From assembly GCA_964591175.1 (NCBI GenBank), contig CAZQAF010000003.1, forward strand, positions 8,514-72,513: DNA of 64,000 nt, read 5' to 3'. Positions 63,017 through 64,000 of the stretch are shown in pieces; position 1 is the first letter of the stretch, and each line of letters starts with the position of its first letter. A model generated the notes under the pieces. It was not told where the DNA came from. It searched no databases and saw only the letters and a list, made by a program, of their open reading frames with translations. The stretch comes from an uncultured Desulfobacteraceae bacterium (GTDB lineage Bacteria > Desulfobacterota > Desulfobacteria > Desulfobacterales > UBA11574). The translations under genes were made by a program, and so were the position numbers.

Positions 63017-63562
63017 AAAGCGAACTTGTTTTAAACCGTCAGGATCTGGCAGGGGAAAATTGAATCCAATATACTCAAAATCTTCTGTTCAATGATACTT
63101 ACGACGGCGATCGGAAAATATTTCCTTAACTGTTATTCGGAAATCCAATCAAATGGAATGAGGGGCTGAGAAGGGAAGATGCACAGAGAACAGGGCATGC
63201 GTGCACATATATCTGTGCACCTTAATCAGAAAATTTTGTATGTTGCCCATGAAAGAATGTTGAGGTTTTTAATTCTTTATGGTATTTTTATTTATCAGTA
63301 ATGAAGGCATCCATAAATGGTTATGACCAAGTTCCGATCTTTCACCGGGAATTTATTGACCATATCATGCACGAACCCATATCCGATCCAGTCATCCAGC
63401 ATCATTCTTTTTCAGCTCAAGGAAATAAAAATGCCCGGCCATATCTTGAGATCCATCGACCGATTGGCATGCATTGCCGATAATGTGTATCTGAAAAAAT
63501 CCTGTTTAATCCGTTAACGATTTAAACACTTGAAACTTTCAGATACCGAAAGGAGAAATGTC

Positions 63563-63925
63563 ATGGTGCCACAGATTTCCTTTACCAAGTATGAAAATGA
63601 AGTTCTTCCCGACTTTAGAAAAAAAATCAACCTCGCTGAATCCACTGAAGATGTCATCAATTGTTTTGTTCAAACCATTACGGAATTATGTAATACTGTT
63701 TTTGATAAAAAAATCGATTTTGATTTTGAGGATGTCACCCTGATCCTGGACCGCGAGCCCCATTTCAAAATGAGCCAGCGCTTTTTCGGATCGGATGAGT
63801 TCGCAACCGTTTGGAATGATTCTGATCTTTCAAGGGTTATCGGCCGCTTTGCAAAATCCGCAATGAATCGCTACAAGCGTCTTGAAAAATATTCGGAAAA
63901 AACCGACAAAAAAATGAGAAAATAA
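63563..63925 (+). CDS. Hypothetical protein (120 aa)
   Basis: ORF with an AGGAG RBS 7 nt upstream of the ATG at 63563. I recognise no motif. Confidence 0.4.
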   Translation: MVPQISFTKYENEVLPDFRKKINLAESTEDVINCFVQTITELCNTVFDKKIDFDFEDVTLILDREPHFKMSQRFFGSDEFATVWNDSDLSRVIGRFAKSAMNRYKRLEKYSEKTDKKMRK

Positions 63926-64000
63926 GTTTTGCTACCCTATCTTTCCTTCCGGAAATGGTAGATTTAGGTTCAGACCAAGGCCGCAGCGATGTTGCAACCG

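Noticed and set aside
1-64000. Scan for tRNA, rRNA, tmRNA, CRISPR arrays, transposases, integrases, phage genes, toxin-antitoxin pairs or known defence systems.
   Set aside because: I saw no T-loop (GGTTCGAATCC-type) or rRNA signatures, no regularly spaced repeats, and no recombinase or defence-type motifs in any frame. The only mobile-like sequences are the two non-coding repeat families reported.

Overview
This 64-kb window looks like chromosome from an anaerobic, selenocysteine-using deltaproteobacterium, probably a Desulfobacterales-type sulfate reducer. That assignment is inferred from gene content only. I can support about 58 protein-coding genes. I saw no rRNA, tRNA, CRISPR array, transposase or prophage. 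From left to right the window contains: (1) A minus-strand futalosine-pathway menaquinone operon: ubiD-like, ubiA-like, ubiX-like, two MqnC/MqnE radical-SAM genes, mqnA, and a partial mqnD that runs off the left edge and is missing from the ORF track. (2) An RNase H-like exonuclease, a 66-aa PEP-CTERM protein, and small housekeeping genes. (3) A PAS/sigma-54 activator followed by a well-spaced sigma-54 promoter, gabT, a small orphan ORF, a Liv-type ABC transporter and a tungsten-type aldehyde:ferredoxin oxidoreductase. (4) speH, speE and a second, divergent AdoMetDC-family gene. (5) A sigma-54 activator with a degenerate receiver domain, then a consensus sigma-54 promoter with upstream palindromes in front of a Zn-ribbon gene, an unlisted acidic ORF, and dksA; hup follows behind a terminator. 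(6) The most unusual locus: an orphan N-terminal HdrA fragment with an in-frame UGA, NuoE-like and NuoF-like genes, a 1080-aa NuoG-N::HdrA::HdrA-like fusion, MvhD (UGA), an FeS protein and a cytoplasmic FdhA (UGA). (7) A formyltransferase, a Mut7-C RNase, a DJ-1/PfpI protein, pyruvate kinase, a hydrolase, an M20 peptidase and gpgS. (8) A TRAP transporter, paaK and iorBA. (9) mpg, a PLP decarboxylase, an FAD oxidoreductase and an M28 peptidase. (10) An AT-rich island with two tightly coupled small ORFs, a response-regulator adenylate/guanylate cyclase and a hypothetical gene. Two non-coding repeat families were found by eye. One is a palindromic MITE-like element with three copies. The other is a hairpin-rich repeat of roughly 100-130 nt with two copies. 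All functional calls rest on motifs I recognise in the translations. No database search was run.
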